Shown in pieces: positions 42,601 to 57,200 of a stretch of DNA of 64,000 bases. The DNA is taken from assembly GCF_009914755.1 (NCBI RefSeq), contig NC_060925.1; one strand, given 5' to 3'. The DNA comes from the human T2T-CHM13v2.0 reference genome, Homo sapiens. A program made the translations under genes and the position numbers. The stretch's first letter is position 1. Each line of letters opens with the position of its first letter. The notes beneath the pieces were generated by a model that was given only the letters and a program-made list of their open reading frames with translations, was not told the DNA's origin and ran no database searches.

Positions 42601-45600
42601 GGAATCGAATGGAATCATCATCGGATGGAAACGAATGGAATCATCAAATGGAATCAGATGGAATCATCATCAAATGGAATCGAATAGAATTATGGAATGA
42701 AATCCATTGTGATCATCATCGAATGGACTCGAATGGAATCATCATCCAATGGAAACTAATGGAATCAACATCGACTGGAATCGAATGGAAACACCACCGT
42801 ATTGAAACGAATGGAATTATCATGAAATTGAAATGGATGGACTCATCATCGAATGGATTCGAATGGAATCATCGAACGAAATTGATTGAAATCATCATCA
42901 AATGGAATCGAATGGAATCATTGAATGGAATCGAATGGAATCATCATCAGATGGAAATGAATGGAATCATCATAGAATGGAATCGCATGGATTCATTGAA
43001 TGGAATCAGATGGAATCATCGAATGGACTTGAATGGAATCGTTGAATGGACTCGAATGGAATCATTATGGAATGGAATTGAATGGAATCATCGAATGGTC
43101 TCGAATGGAATCATTATCAAATGGAATCGAATGGAATCACCGAATAGAATCGAATGGAACAATCATCGAATGGACTCAAATGGAATTATCCTCAAATGGA
43201 ATCGAATGGAATTATCGAATGCAATCGAATGGAATAATCGAATGCAATCGAATAGAATCATCGAATGGACTTGAAAGGAATCATCGATTGAAATGGAATG
43301 GAATAGTCAATGAACTCGAATGGAATCATCATTGAATGGAATCATCGAGTGGAATCGAATGGAATCATGATCAAATGGAATCGAAAGTAATCATCATCAA
43401 ATGGAATCAAAATAACCATCATCAATTGGTATTGAATGGAATTGTCATCAAACGGAATTCAAAGGAATCATCATCAAATGGAACCGAATGGAATCCTCAT
43501 TGAATGGAAATGAAAGGAGTCATCATCTAATGGAATCGCATGGAATCATCATCAAATGGAATCTAATGGAATCACTGAACGGAATTGAATGGAATCGTCT
43601 TCGAATGAATTGAATGCAATCAACGAATGGTCTCGAATGGAACCACCTCCAAATGGAATGGAATGGAATCATCGCATAGAATCGAATGGAATTATCATCG
43701 AATGGACTCGAATGGAATCAACATCAAACGGAATCAAACGGAATTATCGAATGGAATCGAAGAGAATCATCGAACGGACTCGAATGGAATCATCTAATGG
43801 AATGGAATGGAAGAATCCATGGACTCGAATGCAATCATCATCGAATGGAATCGAATGGAATCATCGAATGGACTCGAATGGAATAATCATTGAACGGAAA
43901 CGAATGAATCATCATCGGATGGAAACGAATGGAATCATCATCGAATGGAATCGAATGGGATCATCAAATGGAATCAGATGGAATCATCATCAAATGGAAT
44001 CGAATAGAATTATGGAATGAAATCCAATGTGATCATCATTGAATGGACTCGAATGGAATCATCATCCAATGGAAACTAATGGAATCAACATCGAATGGAA
44101 TCGAATGGAAACACCATCGAATTGAAACGAATGGAATTATCATGAAATTGAAATGGATGGACTCATCATCGAATGGATTCGAATGGAATCATCGAATGAA
44201 ATTGATTATAATCATCATCAAATGGAATCGAAAGGAATCATTGAATGGAATCGAATGGAATCATCATCAGATGGAAATGAATGGAATCATCATAGAATGG
44301 AATCGCATGGATTCATTGAATGGAATCAGATGGAATCATCGAATGGGCTTGAATGGAATCGTTGAATGGACTAGAATGGAATCATTATTGAATGGAATTG
44401 AATAGAACCATCGAATGGTCTCGAATGGAATCATTATCAAATGAAGTCGAAATGAATCACCGAATAGAATCGAATGGAACAATCATCGAATGGACTCAAA
44501 TGGAATTATCCTCAAATGGCATCAAATGGATTTATCGAATGCAATCGAATGGAATTATCGAATGCAATCGAATAGAATCATCGAATGGACTCGAATGGAA
44601 TCATCGAATGGAATGCAATGGATTAATCCATGGACTCGAATTCAATCACCATCGAATACAATCGAATGGAGTCATCGAATCGACTCAAATGGAATAATCA
44701 TTGAATGGAATCGAATGGAATCATCGAGTGGAATCGAATGGAATCATGATCAAATGGAATCGAATGTAATCGTCATCAAATGGAATCAAAAATAAACATC
44801 ATCAATTGGTATTGAATGGAATTGTCATCAAATGGAATTCAAAGGAATCATCATCAAATGGAACCGAATGGAATCCTCATTGAATGGAAATGAAAGGAGT
44901 CATCATCTAATGGAATCGCATGGAATCATCATCAAACGGAATCGAATGGAATCATTGAACGGAATTGAATGGAATCGTCATCGAATGAATTGAATGCAAT
45001 CAACGAATGGTCTCCAATGGAACCACCTCCAAATGGAATGGAATGGAATCATCGCATAGAATCGAATGGAATTATAATCGAATGGACTCGAATGGAATCA
45101 ACATCAAACGGAATCAAACGGAATTATCGAATGGAATCGAAGAGAATCATCGAATGGACTCGAATGGAATCATCTAATGGAATGGAATGGAAGAATCCAT
45201 GGTCTCGAATGCAATCATCATCGAATGGAATCGAATGGAATCATTGAATGGACTCGAATGGAATAATCATTGAATGGAATCGAATGGAATCATCATCGGA
45301 TGGAAACGAATGGAATCATCAAATGGAATCAGATGGAATCATCATCAAATGGAATCGAATAGAATTATGGAATGAAATCCATTGTGATCATCATCGAATG
45401 GACTCGAATGGAATCATCATCCAATGGAAACTAATGGAATCAACATCGAATGGAATCGAATGGAAACTCCATCGAATTGAAACGAATGGAATTATCATGA
45501 AATTGAAATGGATGGACTCATCATCGAATGGATTCGAATGGAATCATCGAATGAAATTGATTGAAATCATCATCAAATGGAATCGAATGGAATCATTGAA

Positions 45601-48600
45601 TGGAATCGAATGGAATCATCATCAGATGGAAATGAATGGAATCATCATAGAATGGAATCGAGTGGATTCATTGAATGGAATCAGATGGAATCATCGAATG
45701 GACTTGAATGGAATCATTGAATGGACTCGAATGGAATCATTATTGAATGGAATTGAATGGAATCATCGAATGGTCTCGAATGGAATCATTATCAAATGGA
45801 ATCGAATGGAATCACCAAATAGAATCGAATGGAACAATCATCGAATGGACTCAAATGGAATTATCCTCAAATGGAATCTAATGGAATTATCGAATGCAAT
45901 CGAATGGAATAATCGAATGCAATCGAATAGAATCATTGAATGGACTTGAAAGGAATCATCGATTGAAATGGAATGGAATAGTCAATGAACTCGAATGGAA
46001 TCATCATTGAATGGAATCATCGAGTGGAATCGAATGGAATCATGATCAAATGGAATCGAAAGTAATCATCATCAAATGGAATCAAAAATAACCATCATCA
46101 ATTGGTATTGAATGGAATTGTCATCAAACGGAATTCAAAGGAATCATCATCAAATGGAACCGAATGGAATCCTCATTGAATGGAAATGAAAGGAGTCATC
46201 ATCTAATGGAATCGCATGGAATCATCATCAAATGGAATCTAATGGAATCATTGAACGGAATTGAATGGAATCGTCATCGAATGAATTCAATGCAATCAAC
46301 GAATGGTCTCGAATGGAACCACCTCCAAATGGAATGGAATGGAATCATCGCATAGAATCGAATGGAATTATCATCGAATGGACTCGAATGGAATCAACAT
46401 CAAACGGAATCAAACGGAATTATCGAAAGGAATCGAAGAGAATCATCGAACGGACTCGAATGGAATCATCTAATGGAATGGAATGGAAGAATCCATGGAC
46501 TCGAATGCAATCATCATCGAATGGAATCGAATGGAATCATCGAATGGACTCGAATGGAATAATCATTGAACGGAATCGAATGAATCATCATCGGATGGAA
46601 ACGAATGGAATCATCATCGAATGGAATCGAATGGGATCATCAAATGGAATCAGATGGAATCATCATCAAATGGAATCGAATAGAATTATGGAATGAAATC
46701 CAATGTGATCATCATTGAATGGACTCGAATGGAATCATCATCCAATGGAAACTAATGGAATCAACATCGAATGGAATCGAATGGAAACACCATCGAATTG
46801 AAACGAATGGAATTATCATGAAATTGAAATGGATGGACTCATCATCGAATGGATTCGAATGGAATCATCGAATGAAATTGATTGAAATCATCATCAAATG
46901 GAATCGAAAGGAATCATTGAATGGAATCGAATGGAATCATCATCAGATGGAAATGAATGGAATCATCATAGAATGGAATCGAATGGATTCAATGAGTGAA
47001 ATCAGATGGAATCATCGAATGGACTTGAATGGAATCGTTGAATGGACTCGAATGGAATCATTATTGAATGGAATTGAATAGAATCATCGAATGGTCTCGA
47101 ATGGAATCATTATCAAATGAAGTCGAATGGAATCACCGAATAGAATCGAATGGAACAATCATCGAATGGACTCAAATGGAATTATCCTCAAATGGAATCA
47201 AATGGATTTATCGAATGCAATCGAATGGAATTATCGAATGCAATCGAATAGAATCATCGAATGGACTCGAATGGAATCATCGAGTGGAATGCAATGGATT
47301 AATCCATGGACTCGAATTCAATCACCATCGAATACAATCGAATGGAGTCATCGAATCGACTCAAATGGCATAATCATTGAATGGAATCGAATGGAGTCAT
47401 CGAGTGGAATCGAATGGAATCATGATCAAATGGAATCGAATGTAATCATCATCAAATGGAATCAAAAATAAACATCATCAATTGGTATTGAATGGAATTG
47501 TCATCAAATGGAATTCAAAGGAATCATCATCAAATGGAATCGAATGGAATCCTCATTGAATGGAAATGAAAGGAGTCATCATCTAATGGAATCGCATGGA
47601 ATCATCATCAAATGGAATCTAATGGAATCATCATCAAATGGAATCTAATGGAATCACTGAACGGAATTGAATGGAATCGTCTTCGAATGAATTGAATGCA
47701 ATCAACGAATGGTCTCGAATGGAACCACCTCCAAATGGAATGGAATGGAATCATCGCATAGAATCGAATGGAATTATAATCGAATGGACTCGAATGGAAT
47801 CAACATCAAACGGAATCAAACGGAATTATCGAATGGAATCGAAGAGAATCATCGAATGGACTCGAATGGAATCATCTAATGGAATGGAATGGAAGAATCC
47901 ATGGTCTCGAATGCAATCATCATCGAATGGAATCGAATGGAATCATTGAATGGACTCGAATGGAATAATCATTGAATGGAATCGAATGGAATCATCATCG
48001 GATGGAAACGAATGGAATCATCAAATGGAATCAGATGGAATCATCATCAAATGGAATCGAATAGAATTATGGAATGAAATCCATTGTGATCATCATCGAA
48101 TGGACTCGAATGGAATCATCATCCAATGGAAACTAATGGAATCAACATCGAATGGAATCGAATGGAAACTCCATCGAATTGAAACGAATGGAATTATCAT
48201 GAAATTGAAATGGATGGACTCATCATAGAATGGATTCGAATGGAATCATCGAATGAAATTGATTGAAATCATCATCAAATGGAATCGAATGGAATCATTG
48301 AATGGAATCGAATGGAATCATCATCAGATGGAAATGAATGGAATCATAGAATGGAATCGAGTGGATTCATTGAATGGAATCAGATGGAATCATCGAGTGG
48401 ACTTGAATGGAATCATTGAATGGACTCGAATGGAATCATTATTGAATGGAATTGAATGGAATCATCGAATGGTCTCGAATGGAATCATTATCAAATGGAA
48501 TCGAATGGAATCACCGAATAGAATCGAATGGATCAATCATCGAATGGACTCAAATGGAATTATCCTCAAATGGAATCGAATGGAATTATCGAATGCAATC

Positions 48601-51600
48601 GAATGGAATAATCGAATGCAATCGAATAGAATCATCGAATGGACTTGAAAGGAATCATCGATTGAAATGGAATGGAATAGTCAATGAACTCGAATGGAAT
48701 CATCATTGAATGGAATCATCGAGTGGAATCGAATGGAATCATGATCAAATGGAATCGAAAGTAATCATCATCAAATGGAATCAAAAATAACCATAATCAA
48801 TTGGTATTGAATGGAATTGTCATCAAACGGAATTCAAAGGAATCATCATCAAATGGAACCGAATGGAATCCTCATTGAATGGAAATGAAAGGAGTCATCA
48901 TCTAATGGAATCGCATGGAATCATCATCAAATGGAATCTAATGGAATCATTGAACGGAATTGAATGGAATCGTCATCGAATGAATTCAATGCAACCAACG
49001 AATGGTCTCGAATGGAACCACCTCCAAATGGAATGGAATGGAATCATCGCATAGAATCGAATGGAATTATCATCGAATGGACTCGAATGGAATCAACATC
49101 AAACGGAATCAAACGGAATTATCGAAAGGAATCGAAGAGAATCATCGAACGGACTCGAATGGAATCATCTAATGGAGTGGAATGGAAGAATCCATGGACT
49201 CGAATGCAATCATCATCGAATGGAATCGAATGGAATCATCGAATGGACTCGAATGGAATAATCATTGAACGGAATCGAATGGAATCATCATCGGATGGAA
49301 ACGAATGGAATCATCATCGAATGGAATCGAATGGGATCATCAAATGGAATCAGATGGAATCATCATCAAATGGAATCGAATAGAATTACGGAATGAAATC
49401 CAATGTGATCATCATTGAATGGACTCGAATGGAATCATCATCCAATGGAAACTAATGGAATCAACATCGAATGGAATCGAATGGAAACACCATCGAATTG
49501 AAACGAATGGAATTATCATGAAATTGAAATGGATGGACTCATCATCGAATGGATTCGAATGGAATCATCGAATGAAATTGATAGAAATCATCATCAAATG
49601 GAATCGAAAGGAATCATTGAATGGAATCGAATGGAATCATCATCAGGTGGAAATGAATGGAATCATCATAGAATGGAATCGAATGGATTCATTGAGTGAA
49701 ATCAGATGGAATCATCGAATGGACTTGAATGGAATCGTTGAATGGACTCGAATGCAATCATTATTGAATGGAATTGAATAGAATCATCGAATGGTCTCGA
49801 ATGGAATCATTATCAAATGAAGTCGAATAGAATCACCGAATAGAATCGAATGGAACAATCATCGAATGGACTCAAATGGAATTATCCTCAAATGGAATCA
49901 AATGGATTTATCGAATGCAATCGAATGGAATTATCGAATGCAATCGAATAGAATCATCGAATGGACTCGAATGGAATCATCGAGTGGAATGCATTGGATT
50001 AATCCATGGACTCGAATTCAATCACCATCGAATACAATCGAATGGAGTCATCGAATCGACTCAAATGGAATAATCATTGAATGGAATCGAATGGAATCAT
50101 CGAGTGGAATCGAATGGAATCATGATCAAATGGAATCGAATGTAATCATCATCAAATGGAATCAAAAATAAACATCATCAATTGGTATTGAATGGAATTG
50201 TCATCAAATGGAATTCAAAGGAATCATCATCAAATGGAACCGAATGGAATCCTCATTGAATGGAAATGAAAGGAGTCATCATCTAATGGAATCGCATGGA
50301 ATCATCATCAAATGGAATCGAATGGAATCATCATCAAATGGAATCTAATGGAATCACTGAACGGAATTGAATGGAATCGCCATCGAATGAATTGAATGCA
50401 ATCAACGAATGGTCTCGAATGGAGCCATCTCCAAATGGAATGGAATGGAATCATCGCATAGAATCGAATGGAATTATCATCGAATGGACTCGAATGGAAT
50501 CAACATCAAACGGAATCAAACGGAATTATCGAATGGAATCGAAGAGAATCATCGAACGGACTCGAATGGAATCATCTAATGGAATGGAATGGAAGAATCC
50601 ATGGACTCGAATGCAATCATCATCGAATGGAATCGAATGGAATCATCGAATGGACTCGAATGGAATAATCATTGAACGGAATCGAATGAATCATCATCGG
50701 ATGGAAACGAATGGAATCATCATCGAATGGAATCGAATGGGATCATCAAATGGAATCAGATGGAATCATCATCAAATGGAATCGAATAGAATTATGGAAT
50801 GAAATCCAATGTGATCATCATTGAATGGACTCGAATGGAATCATCATCCAATGGAAACTAATGGAATCAACATCGAATGGAATCGAATGGAAACACCATC
50901 GAATTGAAACGAATGGAATTATCATGAAATTGAAATGGATGGACTCATCATCGAATGGATTCGAATGGAATCATCGAATGAAATTGATTGAAATCATCAT
51001 CAAATGGAATCGAAAGGAATCATTGAATGGAATCGAATGGAATCATCATCAGATGGAAATGAATGGAATCATCATAGAATGGAATCGAATGGATTCATTG
51101 AGTGAAATCAGATGGAATCATCGAATGGACTTGAATGGAATCGTTGAATGGACTAGAATGGAATCATTATTGAATGGAATTGAATAGAATCATCCAATGG
51201 TCTCGAATGGAATCATTATCAAATGAAGTCGAATGGAATCACCGAATAGAATCGAATGGAACAATCATCGAATGGACTCAAATGGAATTATCCTCAAATG
51301 GAATCAAATGGATTTATCGAATGCAATCGAATGGAATTATCGAATGCAATCGAATAGAATCATCGAATGGACTCGAATGGAATCATCGAGTGGAATGCAA
51401 TGGATTAATCCATGGACTCGAATTCAATCACCATCGAATACAATCGAATGGAGTCATCGAACCGACTCAAATGGCATAATCATTGAATGGAATCGAATGG
51501 AGTCATCGAGTGGAATCGAATGGAATCATCATCAAATGGAATCTAATGGATTCACTGAACGGAATTGAATGGAATCGTCTTCGAATGAATTGAATGCAAT

Positions 51601-52889
51601 CAACGAATGGTCTCGAATGGAACCACCTCCAAATGGAATGGAATGGAATCATCGCATAGAATCGAATGGAATTATAATCGAATGGACTCGAATGGAATCA
51701 ACATCAAAAGGAATCAAAGGGAATTATCGAATGGAATCGAAGAGAATCATCGAATGGACTCGAATGGAATCATCTAATGGAATGGAATGGAAGAATCCAT
51801 GGTCTCGAATGCAATCATCATCGAATGGAATCGAATGGAATCATCGAATGGACTCGAATGGAATAATCATTGAACGGAATCGAATGGAATCATCATCGGA
51901 TGGAAACGAATGGAATCATCAAATGGAATCAGATGGAATCATCATCAAATGGAATCGAATAGAATTATGGAATGAAATCCATTGTGATCATCATCGAATG
52001 GACTCGAATGGAATCATCATCCAATGGAAACTAATGGAATCAACATCGAATGGAATCGAATGGAAACACCACCGTATTGAAACGAATGGAATTATCATGA
52101 AATTGAAATGGATGGACTCATCATCGAATGGATTCGAATGGAATCATCGAACGAAATTGATTGAAATCATCATCAAATGGAATCGAATGGAATCATTGAA
52201 TGGAATCGAATGGAATCATCATCAGATGGAAATGAATGGAATCATCATAGAATGGAATCGCATGGATTCATTGAATGGAATCAGATGGAATCATCGAATG
52301 GACTTGAATGGAATCGTTGAATGGACTCGAATGGAATCATTATGGAATGGAATTGAATGGAATCATCGAATGGTCTCGAATGGAATCATTATCAAATGGA
52401 ATCGAATGGAATCACCGAATAGAATCGAATGGAACAATCATCGAATGGACTCAAATGGAATTATCCTCAAATGGAATCGAATGGAATTATCGAATGCAAT
52501 CGAATGGAATAATCGAATGCAATCGAATAGAATCATCGAATGGACTTGAAAGGAATCATAGATTGAAATGGAATGGAATAGTCAATGAACTCAAATGGAA
52601 TCATCATTGAATGGAATCATCGAGTGGAATCGAATGGAATCATGATCAAATGGAATCGAAAGTAATCATCATCAAATGGAATCAAAATAACCATCATCAA
52701 TTGGTATTGAATGGAATTGTCATCAAACGGAATTCAAAGGAATCATCATCAAATGGAACCGAATGGAATCCTCATTGAATGGAAATGAAAGGAGTCATCA
52801 TCTAATGGAATCGAATGGAATCATCATCAAATGGAATCGAATGGAATCATCATCAAATGGAATCTAATGGAATCATTGAACGGAATTGA
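24622..52889 (+). repeat. 9484-bp 7-monomer higher-order repeat (A-B-A-B-A-A-B), three tandem copies (24622-34105, 34106-43588, 43589-52889)
   Basis: The length series 1380/1296/1406/1293/1407/1406/1296 is repeated three times; the third copy has a 208-bp deletion and a longer last unit. Markers are GATTATAATC at 25237/34721/44204 and CACCGTATTG at 33311/42795/52070. Confidence 0.93.
51511..51529 (+). other. Junction of a 208-bp (8 x 26) deletion within 19-bp microhomology TGGAATCGAATGGAATCAT
   Basis: The monomer starting at 50371 is 1198 bp, against 1406 bp for its paralogues at 31404 and 40888. In the paralogue the 19-mer occurs at 42028 and 42236, 208 bp apart; here only one copy remains. 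Confidence 0.9.
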
Positions 52890-54296
52890 ATGGAATGGAC
52901 ATCGAATGAATTGAATGCAATCAATGAATGGTCTCTAATGGAACCATCTCCAAATGGAATGGAATGGAATCATCGCATAGAATCGAATGGAATTATCATC
53001 GAATGGACTCGAATGGAATCAACATCAAACGGAATCAAACGGAATTATCGAATGGAATCGAAGAGAATCATCGAACGGACTCGAATGGAATCATCTAATG
53101 GAATGGAATGGAAGAATTCATGGACTCGAATGCAATCATCATCGAATGGAATCGAATGGATTCATCGAATGGACTCGAATGGAATAATCATTGAACGGAA
53201 TCGAATGGAATCATCATCGGATGGAAACGAATGGAATCATCATCGAATGGAATCGAATGGGATCATCAAATGGAATCAGATGGAATCATCATCAAATGGA
53301 ATCGAATAGAATTATGGAATGAAATCCAATGTGATCATCATTGAATGGACTCGAATGGAATCATCATCCAATGGAAACTAATGGAATCAACATCGAATGG
53401 AATCGAATGGAAACACCATCGAATTGAAACGAATGGAATTGTCATGAAATTGAAATGGATGGACTCATCATCGAATGGATTCGAATGGAATCATCGAATG
53501 AAATTGATTGAAATCATCATCAAATGGAATCGAAAGGAATCATTGAATGGAATCGAATGGAATCATCATCAGATGGAAATGAATGGAATCTTCATAGAAT
53601 GGAATCGCATGGATTCATTGAATTTAATCAGATGGAATCAACGAATGGACTTGAATGGAATCGTTGAACGGACTCGAATGGAATCATTATTGAATGGAAT
53701 TGAATAGAATCATCGAATGGTCTCGAATGGAATCATTTTCAAATGAAGTCGAATGCAATCACCGAATAGAATCGAATGGAACAATCATCGAATGGACTCA
53801 AATGGAATTATCCTCAAATGGAATCAAATGGATTTATCGAATGCAATCGAATGGAATTATCGAATGCAATCGAATAGAATCATCGAATGGACTCGAATGG
53901 AATCATCGAGTGGAATGCAATGGATTAATCCATGGACTCGAATTCAATCACCATTGAATACAATCGAATGGAGTCATCGAATCGACTCAAATGGAATAAT
54001 CATTGAATGGAATCGAATGGAATCATCGAGTGGAATCGAATGGAATCATGATCAAATGGAATCGAATGTAATCATCATCAAATGGAATCAAAAATAAACA
54101 TCATCAATTGGTATTGAATGGAATTGTCATCAAACGGAATTCAAAGGAATCATCATCAAATGGAACCGAATGGAATCCTCATTGAATGGAAATGAAAGGA
54201 GTCATCATCTAATGGAATCGCATGGAATCATCATCAAATGGAATCGAATGGAATCATCATCAAATGGAATCTAATGGAATCATTGAACGGAATTGA

Positions 54297-57200
54297 ATGG
54301 AATCGTCATCGAATGAATTCAATGCAATCAACGAATGGTCTCGAATGGAACCACCTCCAAATGGAAAGGAATGGAATCATCGCATAGAATCGAATGGAAT
54401 TATCATCAAATGGACTCGAATGGAATCAACATCAAACGGAATCAAACGGAATTGTCGAATGGAATCAAAGAGAATCATCGAACGGACTCGAATGGAATCA
54501 TCTAATGGAATGGAATGGAAGAATCCATGGACTCGAATGCAATCATCATCGAATGGAATCGAATGGAATCATCGAATGGAGTCGAATGGAATAATCATTG
54601 AACGGAATCGAATGAATCATCATCGGATTGAAACGAATGGAATCATCATCGAATGGAATCGAATGGGATCATCAAATGGAATCAGATGGAATCATCATCA
54701 AATGGAATCGAATAGAATTATGGAATGAAATCCAATGTGATCATCATTGAATGGACTCGAATGGAATCATCATCCAATGGAAACTAATGGAATCAACATC
54801 GAATGGAATCGAATGAAAACACCATCGAATTGAAAGGAATGGAATTATCATGAAATTGAAATGGATGGACTCATCATCGAATGGATTCGAATGGAATCAT
54901 CAAATGAAATTGATTGAAATCATCATCAAATGGAATCGAAAGGAATCATTGAATGGAATCGAATGGAATCATCATCAGATGGAAATGAATGGAATCATCA
55001 TAGAATGGAATCGCATGGATTCATTGAATGGAATCAGATGGAATCATCGAATGGGCTTGAATGGAATCATTGAATGGACTCGAATGGAATCATTATGGAA
55101 TGGAATTGAATAGAATCATCGAATGGTCTCGAATGGAATCATTATCAAATGAAGTCGAATGGAATCACCGAATAGAATCGAATGGAACAATCATCGAATG
55201 GACTCAAATGGAATTATCCTCAAATGGAATCAAATGGATTTATCGAATGCAATCGAATGGAATTATCGAATGCAATCGAATAGAATCATCGAATGGACTC
55301 GAATGGAATCATCGAATGGAATGCAATGGATTAATCCATGGACTCGAATTCAATCACCATCGAATACAATCGAATGGAGTCATCGAATCGACTCAAATGG
55401 AATAATCATTGAATGGAATCGAATGGAATCATCGAGTGGAATCGAATGGAATCATGATCAAATGGAATCGAATGTAATCATCATCAAATGGCATCAAAAA
55501 TAAACATCATCAATAGGTATTGAATGGAATTGTCATCAAACGGAATTCAAAGGAATCATCATCAAATGGAACCGAATGGAATCCTCATTGAATGGAAATG
55601 AAAGGAGTCATCATCTAATGGAATCGCATGGAATCATCATCAAATGGAATCGAATGGAATCATCATCAAATGGAATCGAATGGAATCATTGAACGGAATT
55701 GAATGGAATCGTCATCGAATGAATTCAATGCAATCAACGAATGGTCTCGAATGGAACCACCTCCAAATGGAAAGGAATGGAATCATCGCACAGAATCAAA
55801 TGGAATTATCATCGAATGGACTCGAATGGAATCAACATCAAACGGAATCAAACGGAATTATCGAATGGAATCGAAGAGAATCATCGAACGGACTCGAATG
55901 GAATCATCTAATGGAATGGAATGGAAGAATCCATGGACTCGAATGCAATCATCATCGAATGGAATCGAATGGAATCATCGAATGGACTCGAATGGAATAA
56001 TCATTGAACGGAATCGAATGAATCATCATCGGATGGAAACGAATGGAATCATCATCGAATGGAATCGAATGGGATCATCAAATGGAATCAGATGGAATCA
56101 TCATCAAATGGAATCGAATAGAATTATGGAATGAAATCCAATGTGATCATCATTGAATGGACTCGAATGGAATCATCATCCAATGGAAACTAATGGAATC
56201 AACATCGAATGGAATCGAATGGAAACACCATCGAATTGAAACGAATGGAATTATCATGAAATTGTAATGGATGGACTCATCATCGAATGGATTCGAATGG
56301 AATCATCGAATGAAATTGATTGAAATCATCATCAAATGGAATCGAAAGGAATCATTGAATGGAATCGAATGGAATCATCATCAGATGGAAATGAATGGAA
56401 TCATCATAGAATGGAATCGCATGGATTCATTGAATGGAATCAGATGGAATCATCGAATGGGCTTGAATGGAATCGTTGAATGCACTCGAATGGAATCATT
56501 ATGGAATGGAATTGAATAGAATCATCGAATGGTCTCGAATGGAATCATTATCAAATGAAGTCGAATGGAATCACCGAATAGAATCGAATGGAACAATCAT
56601 CGAATGGACTCAAATGGAATTATCCTCAAATGGAATCAAATGGATTTATCGAATGCAACCGAATGGAATTATCGAATGCAATCGAATAGAATCATCGAAT
56701 GGACTCGAATGGAATCATCGAGTGGAATGCAATGGATTAATCCATGGACTCGAATTCAATCACCATCGAATACAATCGAATGGAGTCATCGAATCGACTC
56801 AAATGGAATAATCATTGAATGGAATCGAATGGAATCATCGAGTGGAAACGAATGGAATCATGATCAAATGGAATCGAATGTAATCATCATCAAATGGAAT
56901 CAAAAATAAACATCATCAATTGGTATTGAATGGAATTGTCATCAAACGGAATTCAAAGGAATCATCATCAAATGGAACCGAATGGAATCCTCATTGAATG
57001 GAAATGAAAGGAGTCATCATCTAATGGAATCGCATGGAATCATCATCAAATGGAATCGAATGGAATCATCATCAAATGGAATCTAATGGAATCATTGAAC
57101 GGAATTGAATGGAATCGTCATCGAATGAATTCAATGCAATCAACGAATGGTCTCGAATGGAACCACCTCCAAATGGAAAGGAATGGAATCATCGCATAGA

